This document shows positions 36,299-46,769 of a stretch of DNA of 64,000 nt, piece after piece. This DNA comes from Blastocladiella emersonii ATCC 22665 (lineage: Eukaryota > Fungi > Blastocladiomycota): assembly GCA_025594325.1 (NCBI GenBank), contig JANHCV010000015.1, positions 186,001-250,000 of the forward strand. The letters run 5' to 3'. Numbering within the stretch: position 1 is the first letter of the stretch; each line of letters opens with the position of its first letter. A program made the position numbers and the translations under genes. The notes under the pieces are model-generated. The model did not search any database. It was not told the DNA's origin and saw nothing but the letters and a program-made list of their open reading frames with translations.

Positions 36299-37852
36299 AT
36301 GCATCCCTCTGAAACTCAACCAATCACTATATGCAACGTTAAGCGAGATGCTCGCTCAACGCTTTACGCCGTTGTTGAGCGAGTTCTTGAGTACGCCGTC
36401 CACGCGGCCAAACCCAATGACACGATGGCCCTCCGCCAGTACTTGAGCGTCCTTCCTCACACGCACAGCGGAGCCGTCATTCGTGCAGTTTTGCGTCGTT
36501 CCACGTTGTTCACCAACATGGACAGCGTGAGCCTTAGCGGACACGTTCACGTACTTGACGAGTGGGTGCGTGCTGGCTTGCCGCTGGACTTCACGCCAAA
36601 AGCGCTCGAGTATGCACTGTTTCGCCGCGATTACGCCGTCCTGGAGTGGTGGCGAAAGTCGGGCTTGCGGCTTAAGCTTCCCTTTGGTGCCTCGCCTGCA
36701 GAGCGACGCCTTATGGACTTGCCGCCCGCGGACCCGCTTCCGTTCAGTCTGCGCCAGGAAGTACGTCTGCTCGTTTCCAACTGGTGCCGCCGCGATGCTC
36801 ACCTCGTGCCCTAGGTTTATGGCTGCATTCTGTCAACTCGCGGCGACCTGTGGGTACGGGACACCTATAGCGGACTTTCCACTGGCCGGGCGGACTGCCT
36901 TGCCGCTTACCGCATTTATCTCAGCGAAGGTGGTGCGAGGCTCATTGCGCACATGCTTTCCCAGCCCGGGTGTATTGTATCGACTGTCAACTTTTCGGGT
37001 TGCGCGATCACCATGCCGCTAATCCAAAGGATGCAGCTTCCTAGGTCGATTCGGTCTCTCACCCTGCACGACGTTCCCGTCCACGTTGAGTCCGTGAACG
37101 GACCCTGGCTCCCCGCGGGACTCGAGACGCTTCGTCTTTCGTCCATCTACGTTGCTCAAGGCCAAGGGTTTGATCACCTTCCCTCGTCGTTGGCGACACT
37201 CAACATCAGCAACTGTCACGCGCCATTGGACTCACTGATTCCGCTTGTTCGGGGTCTGCCTTCTCATCTGAAATCGCTCTCAATCACCGATACTCAAGTC
37301 GACGTTCCCACCATCGTTGCCATTGGCGATCGCCTTCCGTCGACGCTCGAGGTCCTCTCACTTTCGCGTGTTGGACTAACAGCAAACGGTGTGCGTGCAA
37401 TCGTACGGGTTCTCCCTCGCGACCTCAAGAAACTCAGTCTGGCCGCAGCTCCGCTCAACGCTCGGGACGACTGCCGCGTAGTTGCTAGCGTCACACTCAC
37501 CAAGGGGATGCCTCCCAACCTTGAATTTCTCGAGCTGATAAGCTGCGGCCTGCTTCCAAACGACACGTTTACTGACTTGGTCCAAGCTCTGCCACCTACA
37601 ATTCATAGCCTGACTCTTTCAGAGAATGCCATGGGCAGCGATGGTGCTGAGATTCTCGCGAACGGCCTTCCTCCGTATCTCTCGACGCTACGCGTGGAAA
37701 AGTGTTTGCTCACTGAAAAGGCGCTGAAGAACCTCTTCCCAGGACTTCCAAAGGACTTGAGCGTGCTCGTGCTGGAGTACGGCCCCCCGCTCAGCGCAAA
37801 GGTGCAGGCAGTCTTTTCGAAGCACTGTCGCGATGGCGTAATCATTCGCTGA
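36299..37852 (+). CDS. Ankyrin-like repeat + RNI-like leucine-rich repeat protein (499 aa). Exons 36299-36760, 36815-37852
   Basis: N-terminal MDSVSLSGHVHVLDEWVRAGLPLDF..ALEYA...YAVLEWWRKSGLRL repeat. A phase-0 intron 36761-36814 (gtacgt...gctcac...ctag) joins it without stops to LRRs (LPSSLATLNISNC, LPSHLKSLSITDT, LPSTLEVLSLSRV, LPPTIHSLTLSEN, LPPYLSTLRVEKC). Confidence 0.75.
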
Positions 37853-38393
37853 TGTGTTCTTTGTTTCTATTTCGTGTCTCTCCATAAATGTCTTGTTCTG
37901 TTGCGTTCTTGATGTACAACGGGCTGATCGCGATCATGCGCGCGCGAGCGCAAGGTTGACGTGAACCCGCCTTTTTCGAATTCGAGTGCCACATTGACCG
38001 TATTTCTGGGGAAACCGAGCGACAGAACCGGCCAGCCAACACGGGCTTCAGAGGCGCGTCGCGACGCGTCGCGGCGGATCACGCGGCCCATCAGACGCCG
38101 CGTGAGTGGCGCCGCCGCTGAGTGGCTTGAGCTGCGAGACTCGCGCTCCCGTCTCCCTCCTCCCAAAGAACGAAGCGAATGAATGTGAGATCGTACAAAC
38201 GATCGATGTAACTTGATGCATTAATCTCTAGGGCGACAATTACTGCAACTTATTAGATCGACTGCCCGGCCCCTTGACGTCGACAGTCCCGCGGCGATCG
38301 CCGCACCTCCCACCTCCCACCTCCCACCTCCATCGGATCTTGCTTCACATCGGCTTCCCTGTTTCATTTCTTGCTATTGAGCTTCTTATCAAT

Positions 38394-39773
38394 ATGGAAG
38401 AAGAGGTGGCTCTGCTTCGTGCTCGGTGCTCCGCACAGGAGCGCAAACTGGAGACGATTCGCGCTGAGCGGGACCAGCTGGCCGCCGAGCTTACCGACGA
38501 AAGATGGCGACTCAAAGAGCTCGAACGGACGCATGCCGCCGAACCTACGGCATCATCGTCGCAGCACCCAAGTGCTTTGCCTGCGCGCGTCGTGCACGAC
38601 GAGGGCACCGAATCTTCCGAGAGCCGTGCTGCGCGGCTGGGCGAGGAGCTCGCCAAGTGTCAAGCCCAGCTTGCTGCAGCGTATGCCGATTGCAGTTCGA
38701 TCGCTGACGCGCTCGCCGTCGCCAAAGGAGAACTTGCCGAGACGACCCAGAAGCTCGCTACCGCCACCGCCAGCAACACGAAGCTTGCGACCGAGCTTGA
38801 CGCTGTGCGGATCGGCCTTGACCAGTCTCGCGCCAGCGATATCAAGGTTACTCGACCGTTGTCCGTTGCCGAAGACTGCAACGCCAAGCTCAATGCCCAG
38901 GTCGCCTTGTCCGTGTGCCCCGACCACGACGACATGACCGCCCAGCTTTCTGCGACCAAGGCCGAGATCGCGGCGCTCTCCGCCAAACTAGCTTCTTTCG
39001 AGCAGGCGCGCCTGCTCGCCGCCGAGCAGTCGAAAGCCGACCCGGCGAAGCAACTCGAGGCCGCGAACTTGCGCTTGGCCGAGCAAACTGCGCGTATTGA
39101 GACCTTGGAGGGCGAGCTTGCCGAGGCGCACAAGCAGTGCGACTTGCGCACCGAGCAGCTTTCGAATCTCCGTGCCGATTTCGACGGCGTCATCGCTGAC
39201 CACGGTCACACCGTCGGGATGCTCGCGCGTTCGGAGGCCAACGCCGAGTGCCTCACGCAAGCAAATGCCAAACTCAACGCTCAACGAGCCAACTGCATTT
39301 GCGATCCGACGTACTCCGACTTGGCGGCCGCGCAGTGGGCCCGTGTGGATCCGGGTACCGCGATCCCTCGCCTCCCGCTTTCCTGTGCACTCAAGGAGCT
39401 TTTACCCAAGGTCCGCGCCACCGCTGGGCGAATGCTCCACCTGATCGAGCAGGCCAAGGTGCCCAGCGCGGCTGCCGTTCGCGGGGAATGGTCGTCGGTG
39501 CGCGTCAAGCTTGACGCTGATTTTCTCAAGCGCGAGAAGTTCCTGCTTCAGTCGTGCCTGTCGTTCCTCACGCGGGCGGAGGGTGAATGCGTTGCGCTCT
39601 GGCGGTGCGCTAGCGATCGCTTGGCACATAACCTCGCGTTAAAGGCCGGCGCAACGCCTTCAGCAGCCGCGGAGAAGTCGGGTTCCAACCCGCAATCCGC
39701 CGATATTCAGCAGCAAGGCCCTGCACCGACGCCTTACGACCCGCCCAAGTCTCGAAAGCGTCGTCGGACGTGA
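38394..39773 (+). CDS. Hypothetical long coiled-coil protein with a C-terminal NLS-like KSRKRRRT
   Basis: Intact 459-aa ORF from ATG 38394, with E/L/A/K heptads over about 300 aa. Confidence 0.65.
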   Translation: MEEEVALLRARCSAQERKLETIRAERDQLAAELTDERWRLKELERTHAAEPTASSSQHPSALPARVVHDEGTESSESRAARLGEELAKCQAQLAAAYADCSSIADALAVAKGELAETTQKLATATASNTKLATELDAVRIGLDQSRASDIKVTRPLSVAEDCNAKLNAQVALSVCPDHDDMTAQLSATKAEIAALSAKLASFEQARLLAAEQSKADPAKQLEAANLRLAEQTARIETLEGELAEAHKQCDLRTEQLSNLRADFDGVIADHGHTVGMLARSEANAECLTQANAKLNAQRANCICDPTYSDLAAAQWARVDPGTAIPRLPLSCALKELLPKVRATAGRMLHLIEQAKVPSAAAVRGEWSSVRVKLDADFLKREKFLLQSCLSFLTRAEGECVALWRCASDRLAHNLALKAGATPSAAAEKSGSNPQSADIQQQGPAPTPYDPPKSRKRRRT

Positions 39774-41495
39774 CTTTCCATCGTGTACCTCGGAGAAAAC
39801 TGCTGCCGTATGTAATATAGCTCGTACTACAAACCGTTGAGCGTCATGCGCGTTCTCAAGGCGCGACATGACACGGTCCGGATCACCCGGTCCATCAAGC
39901 CTGCACCGCTACACGAAACTGCGAGGGATATGAAGCAGAACACTGTCCGTTTGCTTCGACCCATACTCAGCGACCTAAGTTTGATGGCTCGCCAAACTGT
40001 GCGGCACTTGTTAGCGCTGCATGGATGTCTCCCAGCTCATCGCGAGCCGCGTGACCGAGCCGTCTTGATGCGGTAGATGACGTGCTCGGAGAGCCGCATC
40101 ATGGTAGATCCCGTTATTCGGTTACTGACCGGGGTAAACAAGTAGTAGTCGACGCGCTGGGCCACGTACACGGCGGGTGGCGGCCGGGCCCGTCGCCTCA
40201 ATCACGCTTAGTGACGCGAGCTCTATCCCAAACACGGTGCCGCCACCGTCCTGGTGCGCTAGGCGCGACGCCCTCGAGAGGTTGCGGTGCTTGGTCTGGT
40301 CCCGATCGACGAGCTGCTCAGGCCGTCCAGGGAGGGAGAGTTCCCACCTAGATGGCCTGCATCATGGCATTTGGTGCTCAGCTACATTGCAGTTAGTTCC
40401 TCACAGGAGATACATGACACGCGACCATTATGATGGAGAGCCAGGCGGCAATTAACGAAACGACGGGCGAGCGGCACCGCGCGTCGCGTTTGAGATCGAC
40501 CTCGCGACACGTCCGCGGGCTGGCGGCCGATTTAGAAGGCTAAGTCGCTGACCCCTCCCACACCCCGCAGATTAAATCTAATAATTGTGAGGACACCGCT
40601 AAAATTGCTCCTTTGACATGTCAGAGTCGCATATGCAATTTCAGCCGGGTCGAACATGTCACTGAATTCAAGAAGCTAAGTCTTAAGTGCGTTTTTCGTC
40701 CGAGCGACCAAACCGAAAGTTTTTTTCAACTTTGCACGGTCGGACGAGTTCTCGGTACCCCGACACCTCGACTCGGAGATTTTCGCACATTCCGGGCCTC
40801 TGAAGGTCGCTGATCACGAATCTGCCCTCAGAAAAATGTTTCCGATGCATCTTGAAACCATACAGCTAAGTCGTGTCACGTGGACCGGGGCTTCGAGTCA
40901 TAGTTAGCGACGCGACGCGCGACGTTCACGTCCGCGTGACCGGCAAGTACGCGTCGGATGACGGTGCGCGTCGGCTCGCTCTCGCTCGCCTGCAGCAATT
41001 GTTTTGGGTGCTGCTGATTCGTGATCGTGAGGCTCTAAGGCCGACTCGGCCCGGCCTACAGCCGGTTGTGCGATCAGCCGCGTGTTGGGGGCTACCATTG
41101 GCCCTTCAGTTCTGAACGGACGCCCACTTGCACCTCGACTCAGCCCGCACGCGGAGACGGCGCAGCACGCTTGATTCAGCACACGCTACGGTGCGTGGGC
41201 ATCACGGTTCGGATCAAGAGCACCGCCAGCCACGTCGGCGCGCCCGGCTTGCGCTCCGTGCTGAGCTTTTGCTCGTCGAATCGTTTCCGCTGGACGGACT
41301 GGGACGGCTTTGCCGCCCCCAAGTCCGGCAGGAAAGTCGTCGTCCGCGTCTCAGAGCGGGTCGCGGCGATGGCAGAAGCCTTACGAAGTGACCGCGGCGC
41401 CCAGGTCACTCACAACGTGGCCCCAGTCAGATCGTTGCTGAACCGATGCATGTAATGAACAATATATACACTCTCTCCGTCTCACCTACTCTGTC

Positions 41496-43292
41496 TCAAA
41501 CCGCGCGCCCCTCCTCGCGCTCAGCCGCGGCCATGGCGGCCTTGATCGCGGCGACAGGGTTCTCCGGCTTGGCCTCCTCTTGCTGCCCCGCCATCTCCTC
41601 TTCGGCCTCGGGCTGCTCGCTAAACGCGCTCTCGGTATCCTCGTCCATGCGCAGGATCTCGCGCTCTGCGGCGTCGGCGGCCCTGGCCTCCTCCTCAAGC
41701 GTGGTGATGACGGCGTCGAGCCCGTCGGGGAGGCGGACGATGGCCGCCGCGTACGACACGGACGAGTCGCGCGGGGTGCGGCACGCCGACGACTGCGCGT
41801 ACGCGACGAAGCGGAGTTCGGGGAGGACCGCGGGCGGCGCGTGGCCGCGAACCCCCACAGCGCCGGGCGTGGACAGGATGCGGGCCTGGTTGGCGAGCAT
41901 GGTGCGCTGGTCGGCGACCGAGGGCCGGAGCGACGAGGGCTGGAGGGCGAGCGACGACGGGTCGGCGGGCGCCGTGGCGGCGTGCTCGGCGGCGGGCGTC
42001 GGCGCGAGCAGCGGCATGGCGGCCATGTCGAGGCTCGCCTCGTACAGGTAGTTGAGGGCGGCCGTCAGCACGAGCAGCGGGTTGCGGCCGCAGATCGTGT
42101 TCTTGGTCTCGGCGAGGTACTCGTGGAACCGCGCGAGGTCGAGCCGCTCGAGCAGGTGCATGGCGCGGCGGTCGAGGGCCTCGATCGACGCGTGCAGCGG
42201 GACGCCCGTCCCGCCAATCGCCTCGGCCGCGGTACGCGTGCTGAGGTGCTCGACGGGCGACGCGGTGGTCGGGATGACGGCGGTCGGGCGGGCCGACCAG
42301 CCCGCGTCCTCGACCACGTCGGCGGGCGGCGCATGCGGGTGGGCGGGCGGGACCGACCACGGCATGGCGGGCGCGGGGGCGTGGTGCTCGGCGTCGTGAT
42401 GCGGGTGCACGTGGTGGGTGCGCGGGTGGTCGCACGCACACGGCGGGGCCGGGTGCGGCGTGTAGGCCGTGAAGCGGAACCGCGAGCCCCAGTGGCAAAA
42501 GTCGGTCGAGATCACGGCCGCCGTGTGCGGGTCAGCCAGCTCGCGCGCGAGGAGCTCGCCGTAGATGCGCGCCTGCTCGGGCGACAGGTTGCCGACGAGG
42601 ATCGGGACGAGGGTCGGCAGCGGCTCGGGCTCCATGGCGGCGCGCGCCTCGTCCTCGCCCTCACCCTCCTCATCGGCCGCGAGGTCGGCGCACGCGAGAC
42701 TCGCGGCGGCGCGGTCGTTGAAGACCTTGGCGATCCAGGGGAGGTGCAGCTCGATCGAGTGCTCGGCCTCGTCGACGTCGCGCGCCATGAAGGTGAAGTG
42801 GCCCGTGTCGGCGAGGCGCTGGGTGGCGGCCGTGTCGACGGCGAGGGCGCCGAGCGGCGTGTCGTAGGCGGTGCACCGGGTCAGGGCGCACCCGGCGAGG
42901 TAGACGTGGTGCGACGGGCCGAGCACGAGCACGCGCCGGATCCCCGCCGTGTCCCAGGCGCCGTACGCCCACGCGGCCGTGGCGCCCGAGTACGTGAAGC
43001 CGGCGTGCGGCGCCACCAGGACGCGGGTGCCGGACATGGGCAGCGCGGGCGGGTTGGTGGCGGGCGTCGCGGGCGCGCATGACGGGTGCGGGAAGGTGCT
43101 CGCCGAACGCACGTCGGTGAGCCACGCCGTCAGCTGCGCGTCGAGCTGGTCCTCTACGTATTCATCGGGAGTTGAGTGGTCGCTCAGCGAAGGGAGTCGG
43201 CGGAAGAAGGGCAGCGTACCATCGTTGAGGTACCACGAGCCGGCGTGGGTGGCGGTGCGCACGACGGGCACGCTGGGGTTGCCTGCGAGCAT
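41496..43292 (-). CDS. MEMO1: MEMO1-family protein (576 aa, expanded). Exons 43292-43220, 43153-41496
   Basis: RTATHAGSWY, VAPHAGFTYSG, LGPSHH, EHSIELHLP, ISTDFCHWG.RF, NTICGRNP, YAQSS...DSSVSYA. Phase-1 intron 43219-43154. Confidence 0.9.
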   Translation of the reverse strand: MLAGNPSVPVVRTATHAGSWYLNDGTLPFFRRLPSLSDHSTPDEYVEDQLDAQLTAWLTDVRSASTFPHPSCAPATPATNPPALPMSGTRVLVAPHAGFTYSGATAAWAYGAWDTAGIRRVLVLGPSHHVYLAGCALTRCTAYDTPLGALAVDTAATQRLADTGHFTFMARDVDEAEHSIELHLPWIAKVFNDRAAASLACADLAADEEGEGEDEARAAMEPEPLPTLVPILVGNLSPEQARIYGELLARELADPHTAAVISTDFCHWGSRFRFTAYTPHPAPPCACDHPRTHHVHPHHDAEHHAPAPAMPWSVPPAHPHAPPADVVEDAGWSARPTAVIPTTASPVEHLSTRTAAEAIGGTGVPLHASIEALDRRAMHLLERLDLARFHEYLAETKNTICGRNPLLVLTAALNYLYEASLDMAAMPLLAPTPAAEHAATAPADPSSLALQPSSLRPSVADQRTMLANQARILSTPGAVGVRGHAPPAVLPELRFVAYAQSSACRTPRDSSVSYAAAIVRLPDGLDAVITTLEEEARAADAAEREILRMDEDTESAFSEQPEAEEEMAGQQEEAKPENPVAAIKAAMAAAEREEGRAV

Positions 43293-43649
43293 GGTTGGTT
43301 GGATGCTAAAGTGTTGATACGTTGCGTTGCTGTGATGGTGCGAGCGAGGGGAGCGTTGGCGGGCGGCGGGGTCCCTGGTCGCCTTTTGTAGCCGCGCTTG
43401 GCGAAGGGCCAAACGCTAAAACGCGACCGGCGAACGGCCAGCAGCGGAAGACGCGGACAAGCGGACCCGGGAAGCGGAAGCGGCGCAACGCGTGCGCACG
43501 TGTGCGTGCCCAACGCGCAACCGTTGCATCATTCTGCGTCAGCGCGCGCCACTCACCTGATGATTTCACCGGCCGCAGATCGATCCCTCCCGCTCGCGCT
43601 TTCGCAATCCTTCCCCTCTCCCCCTTCAACGAAACCATCAACCGACTCC

Positions 43650-44534
43650 ATGAAGCTGCTGCCGCTGCGGACCCTCTGCCGCGGCCTGTCCACGACCCGC
43701 CCGCTCGCCCTGCCCAAACCCGCCCGCCTCACCATGGCCGACCTGTCCGTCCCCGCGACGCCCGAGCGCACCGCCGACCTGGCCGCCAACTGGTCGCTCG
43801 TCTCGGGCAACCTGCGCGCTGCCGCGCTTGCGGCGTCGCGCCCAGCCGACGCGGTGCGGCTGGTCGCCGTGTCCAAGACCAAGCCCGCGACGGACGTGCT
43901 GGCGATGCACTCCGCGACGGGGCAGTTGCACTTCGGCGAGAACTACGTGCAGGAGCTCGTCGACAAGGCCGCGGTCCTGCCGCGCGACCTGCGCTGGCAC
44001 TTTATCGGGCACCTGCAGAGCAACAAGGCCAAGGCGGTCGCGTCGATCCCGAACCTGCACGTCGTCGAGACGGTCGACTCGCTCAAGCTCGCCGCCGAGC
44101 TCGACAAGCACGCCGGCCGCGCGACGCGGGATGCTCCGCTGCGCGTGTTCATCCAGGCCAACACGTCCGGCGAGGAGTCCAAGGCGGGCGTCGCGTCGCG
44201 CGATGCGATCGTCGAGCTCGCGCGCGCCATCGTGGAGAAGTGCCCGCACCTCGTCGTCGCTGGGCTCATGACCATCGGCGAGCCGGGTATGGGCGACCGC
44301 GATTTCGCCACGCTCGCCGACTGGCGCTCGGCCGTTGCGGGCGCGCTCGAGGAAGCCGTCAAGGCGAACGCCGACCTCGCCCCGCGCGTCGCCAGCCCGC
44401 TCGAGCTCAGCATGGGCATGTCCGACGACTACGCCCTCGCGATCATGCACGGGTCGACCAACGTGCGCGTCGGCAGCAGCCTGTTCGGCGCGCGCGCGTA
44501 CCCGCCGGGCAAGGGGCCCAACGCCGCCAAGTAG
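43650..44534 (+). CDS. PLPBP: PLP homeostasis protein (YggS/PROSC/PLPBP family)
   Basis: LVAVSKTKP (PLP lysine), HFGENYVQEL, WHFIGHLQSNK, QANTSGEESKAG, GLMTIG, LSMGMSDDY, VRVGSSLFGAR. Confidence 0.93.
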   Translation: MKLLPLRTLCRGLSTTRPLALPKPARLTMADLSVPATPERTADLAANWSLVSGNLRAAALAASRPADAVRLVAVSKTKPATDVLAMHSATGQLHFGENYVQELVDKAAVLPRDLRWHFIGHLQSNKAKAVASIPNLHVVETVDSLKLAAELDKHAGRATRDAPLRVFIQANTSGEESKAGVASRDAIVELARAIVEKCPHLVVAGLMTIGEPGMGDRDFATLADWRSAVAGALEEAVKANADLAPRVASPLELSMGMSDDYALAIMHGSTNVRVGSSLFGARAYPPGKGPNAAK

Positions 44535-44574
44535 ATCTCGCTCTTCGCTCAATATACATGCAAACGTTAAACCA

Positions 44575-45431
44575 ATGAACCGCACATCGACACTTGGTGC
44601 ACGCGCCGCCACGGGCCCCGCCGCGCTTGCTGCCGCGGCGAGCACGCCCCAGCTCGGAATCGCTTCGGCGGCGGGTGCTTCGCCTCTGCGCCGCCAGGCG
44701 TCCCACCCGCTCGCCGCGTCGCCACCCACTGCGGGCGGACTCGCTGCCTCGGCCTCGCCGCTCTCGGGTGTTGTCATGGGTGCGGGAAGTGTGGGCGGCG
44801 GAAGCACGGCCGCGGGAAGCACCACGCTCGCGGGAACCGGGACCGCGAGCGGGGCAGGCGGCGCGGGAGGGCGGCGCGCATCGGGGCCCGCCGCGGGCGG
44901 GGTTGAGCCGGCGCTACTCGGTACGCTCGCGCTCTGAGGTATTGAGGGTCACGAAGCTGACGCGAAGGAGGGTGTAGGCGCGTCAACGCCTGACGAGCTG
45001 CGTCTCTTCCGCCAGCTCGACCAGCTGCGCGCCGTCCAGGTCGCGCTGGCCGCCGAGCACGCGTCGGCTGCACCCGCTTCCGGGACTACGCCGCCGTTGA
45101 ATCCGGAGTACGCGCGCGACTGTCGATGGGCGAGGCTCTGCGACTGACGCGCCAACACGTAGAGACCCGACGGCCGGGGACGAGTCGAACGGCGGCGCTA
45201 CGGGGCAGTCCAACAACGCGACGTATTCGCGCACGCAGGACCGGTTCGCGGCGAAGCGCGACCAGGCGGCGGTGCTCACGGCCAAGGTACGCTGCGCGCT
45301 TCGCGGGATGGAGGCTGGGAAGCTCACTTTGGGCGTGTTCGTTGTAGCTGGGTGACCTGCGCGGGATCATGTACGCTCGGCTCACCCCGCCACGCTCGGT
45401 CGAGGCACAGCTCATGCGCACTCGTGTGTAG
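44575..45431 (+). CDS. Small 4-exon hypothetical protein (about 227 aa) with two short helical segments. Exons 44575-44920, 44978-45107, 45163-45286, 45348-45431
   Basis: Three consecutive introns (gtacgc donors, ctgac/ctcac branch sites, tag acceptors; phases 1, 2, 0) give a stop-free frame totalling 684 nt. The start codon is uncertain (alternative ATG near 44777). Confidence 0.65.
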
Positions 45432-45613
45432 GCGCGACATTACCGCGACAGCGCGGACCATCCACCAGGCGGCCGCCACGTCGACCTCGGCCGCGAGCGA
45501 CACCCAGCGCGCGGGGACACCGGCCACGGCGATCGCGCCGCCGCCGTCCGGGTCACAGTGAGCGGGATGCATAAACGGATGAAGTAGTTTGTACATGGAC
45601 GCCCCTCCACAAC

Positions 45614-46495
45614 TCACGCGCTAGCCCCCGCGCCGGCGTCGTGGTGGTGTCCGCCGGCCGCGGTGCCGAGGCGCATGACGATGCGGTGGAACACGAGGTA
45701 GACCCAGAGCGCGAACCCGAGGAGCAGCCACTTGTACCGCGCGAAGATGCCCGCCTGCTGCACTGGTGGCACTGGCTGCGCAGCGGTCGCAGCGGTCGTT
45801 GGTGGTGGTGGCGCGACAACAGCGACCGAGGGCACGCGGCGGCGGACGGCCGCGACGGTTGGTGGCGCGGGAGGTTCAGCGGCCGCCGTCGTGGACGTTG
45901 GCGTCGGTGCGTCGGCGGTCCCGTCGTAGCTGCCGCCAAACGCCATCTCGCCCTCGAGAAACTCGGGCCACACGTCCGCGAACGCCTTCTGCTTGCGGTT
46001 CCACGCGACGCTGACGCGCGCGAGCGCCTGTCGCTCCGCGGCGCTGGCCTTGACGGTGCCCGCGGCCATCTCGTCGACGACCATGAACGACAGCAGGCCC
46101 GACAGAATCGTGGCGACGGACCATCCCGGGTTCCACGTGTCGGGGTGGTAGTCGCTCATGGACATGCAGATGCGCTCGCCGGGCTTGAACCGCCCGTTGG
46201 GGGTGGTCACGCGGATCGAGGGCGGAGCGAACGGGTACTCGGGCGGGAAGTTGAGCTGCCCCCAGTACACGCCGCCCGCGAACGGCGTGTCCGGCGGGCC
46301 GTGCATCAGGAAGTGCCAGCACAGGATGTTCGAGTCGAGCGGGCGCGCCGTGATCAGCTACGAGGTGGATGGGGGAGAGTGAGCGGGCGGTGGGGGTCGG
46401 GGCGGCTGCAGGGAGGGCGAGCGTACGGGCGGCGGCGAAGCCACAATGGCCTTGTACTCCTTGGTCAGGCGCTTGTACGCGGCCTGGGTCGCCAT
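45614..46495 (-). CDS. UBC6: Tail-anchored ER ubiquitin-conjugating enzyme UBC6/UBE2J (270 aa). Exons 46495-46427, 46357-45614
   Basis: AYKRLTKEY, GPPDTPFAGGVYWG.L.FP.EYPF.PPSIRVTTPNGRF, ICMSMSDYHPDTWNPGWSV.TIL.GLLSFM, C-terminal TM KWLLLGFALWVYLVF. Confidence 0.93.
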
Positions 46496-46769
46496 TGCTG
46501 GTAGTCTCGATGCGTCGCGGGGCACTCACGGGGCCAGATACATGGACGAGGAGGGGAGAGCGAGCGGTTGACGGCGCGGCTTCATCGAAGCAGGCAGGCA
46601 GCGAACACTCACGCGGCGGCGCGTGCGCCACACCCGTGTCTCCCACCTCCGCCGCCACGGCCGCGGCCGCCGCTCTCGCTCGAGGAGACCTGATCCTCTC
46701 TCTCTCTTCGCACGCCAACACACGTATCTTGCTACGCATCGACTAGACAACAGCCAACCTCTTGCAACC

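Larger units (their letters stand above)
32000..41450. other. Lower-GC accessory tract of lineage-specific and degraded genes
   Basis: Visibly more A/T and relaxed third-codon usage than the flanks; no housekeeping genes inside. GC was judged by eye, not computed. Confidence 0.7.

Noticed and set aside
39800-41455. Short ORFs (for example 40873-41115, 41066-41455) as genes
   Set aside because: No motifs, no consistent splice model and no coding-like codon bias; treated as spacer or unrecognisable remnants.
30611-44534. Two PLP-related genes (aminotransferase and PLPBP) as a vitamin B6 cluster
   Set aside because: They are about 12 kb apart and separated by the island and MEMO1; no shared element is visible.
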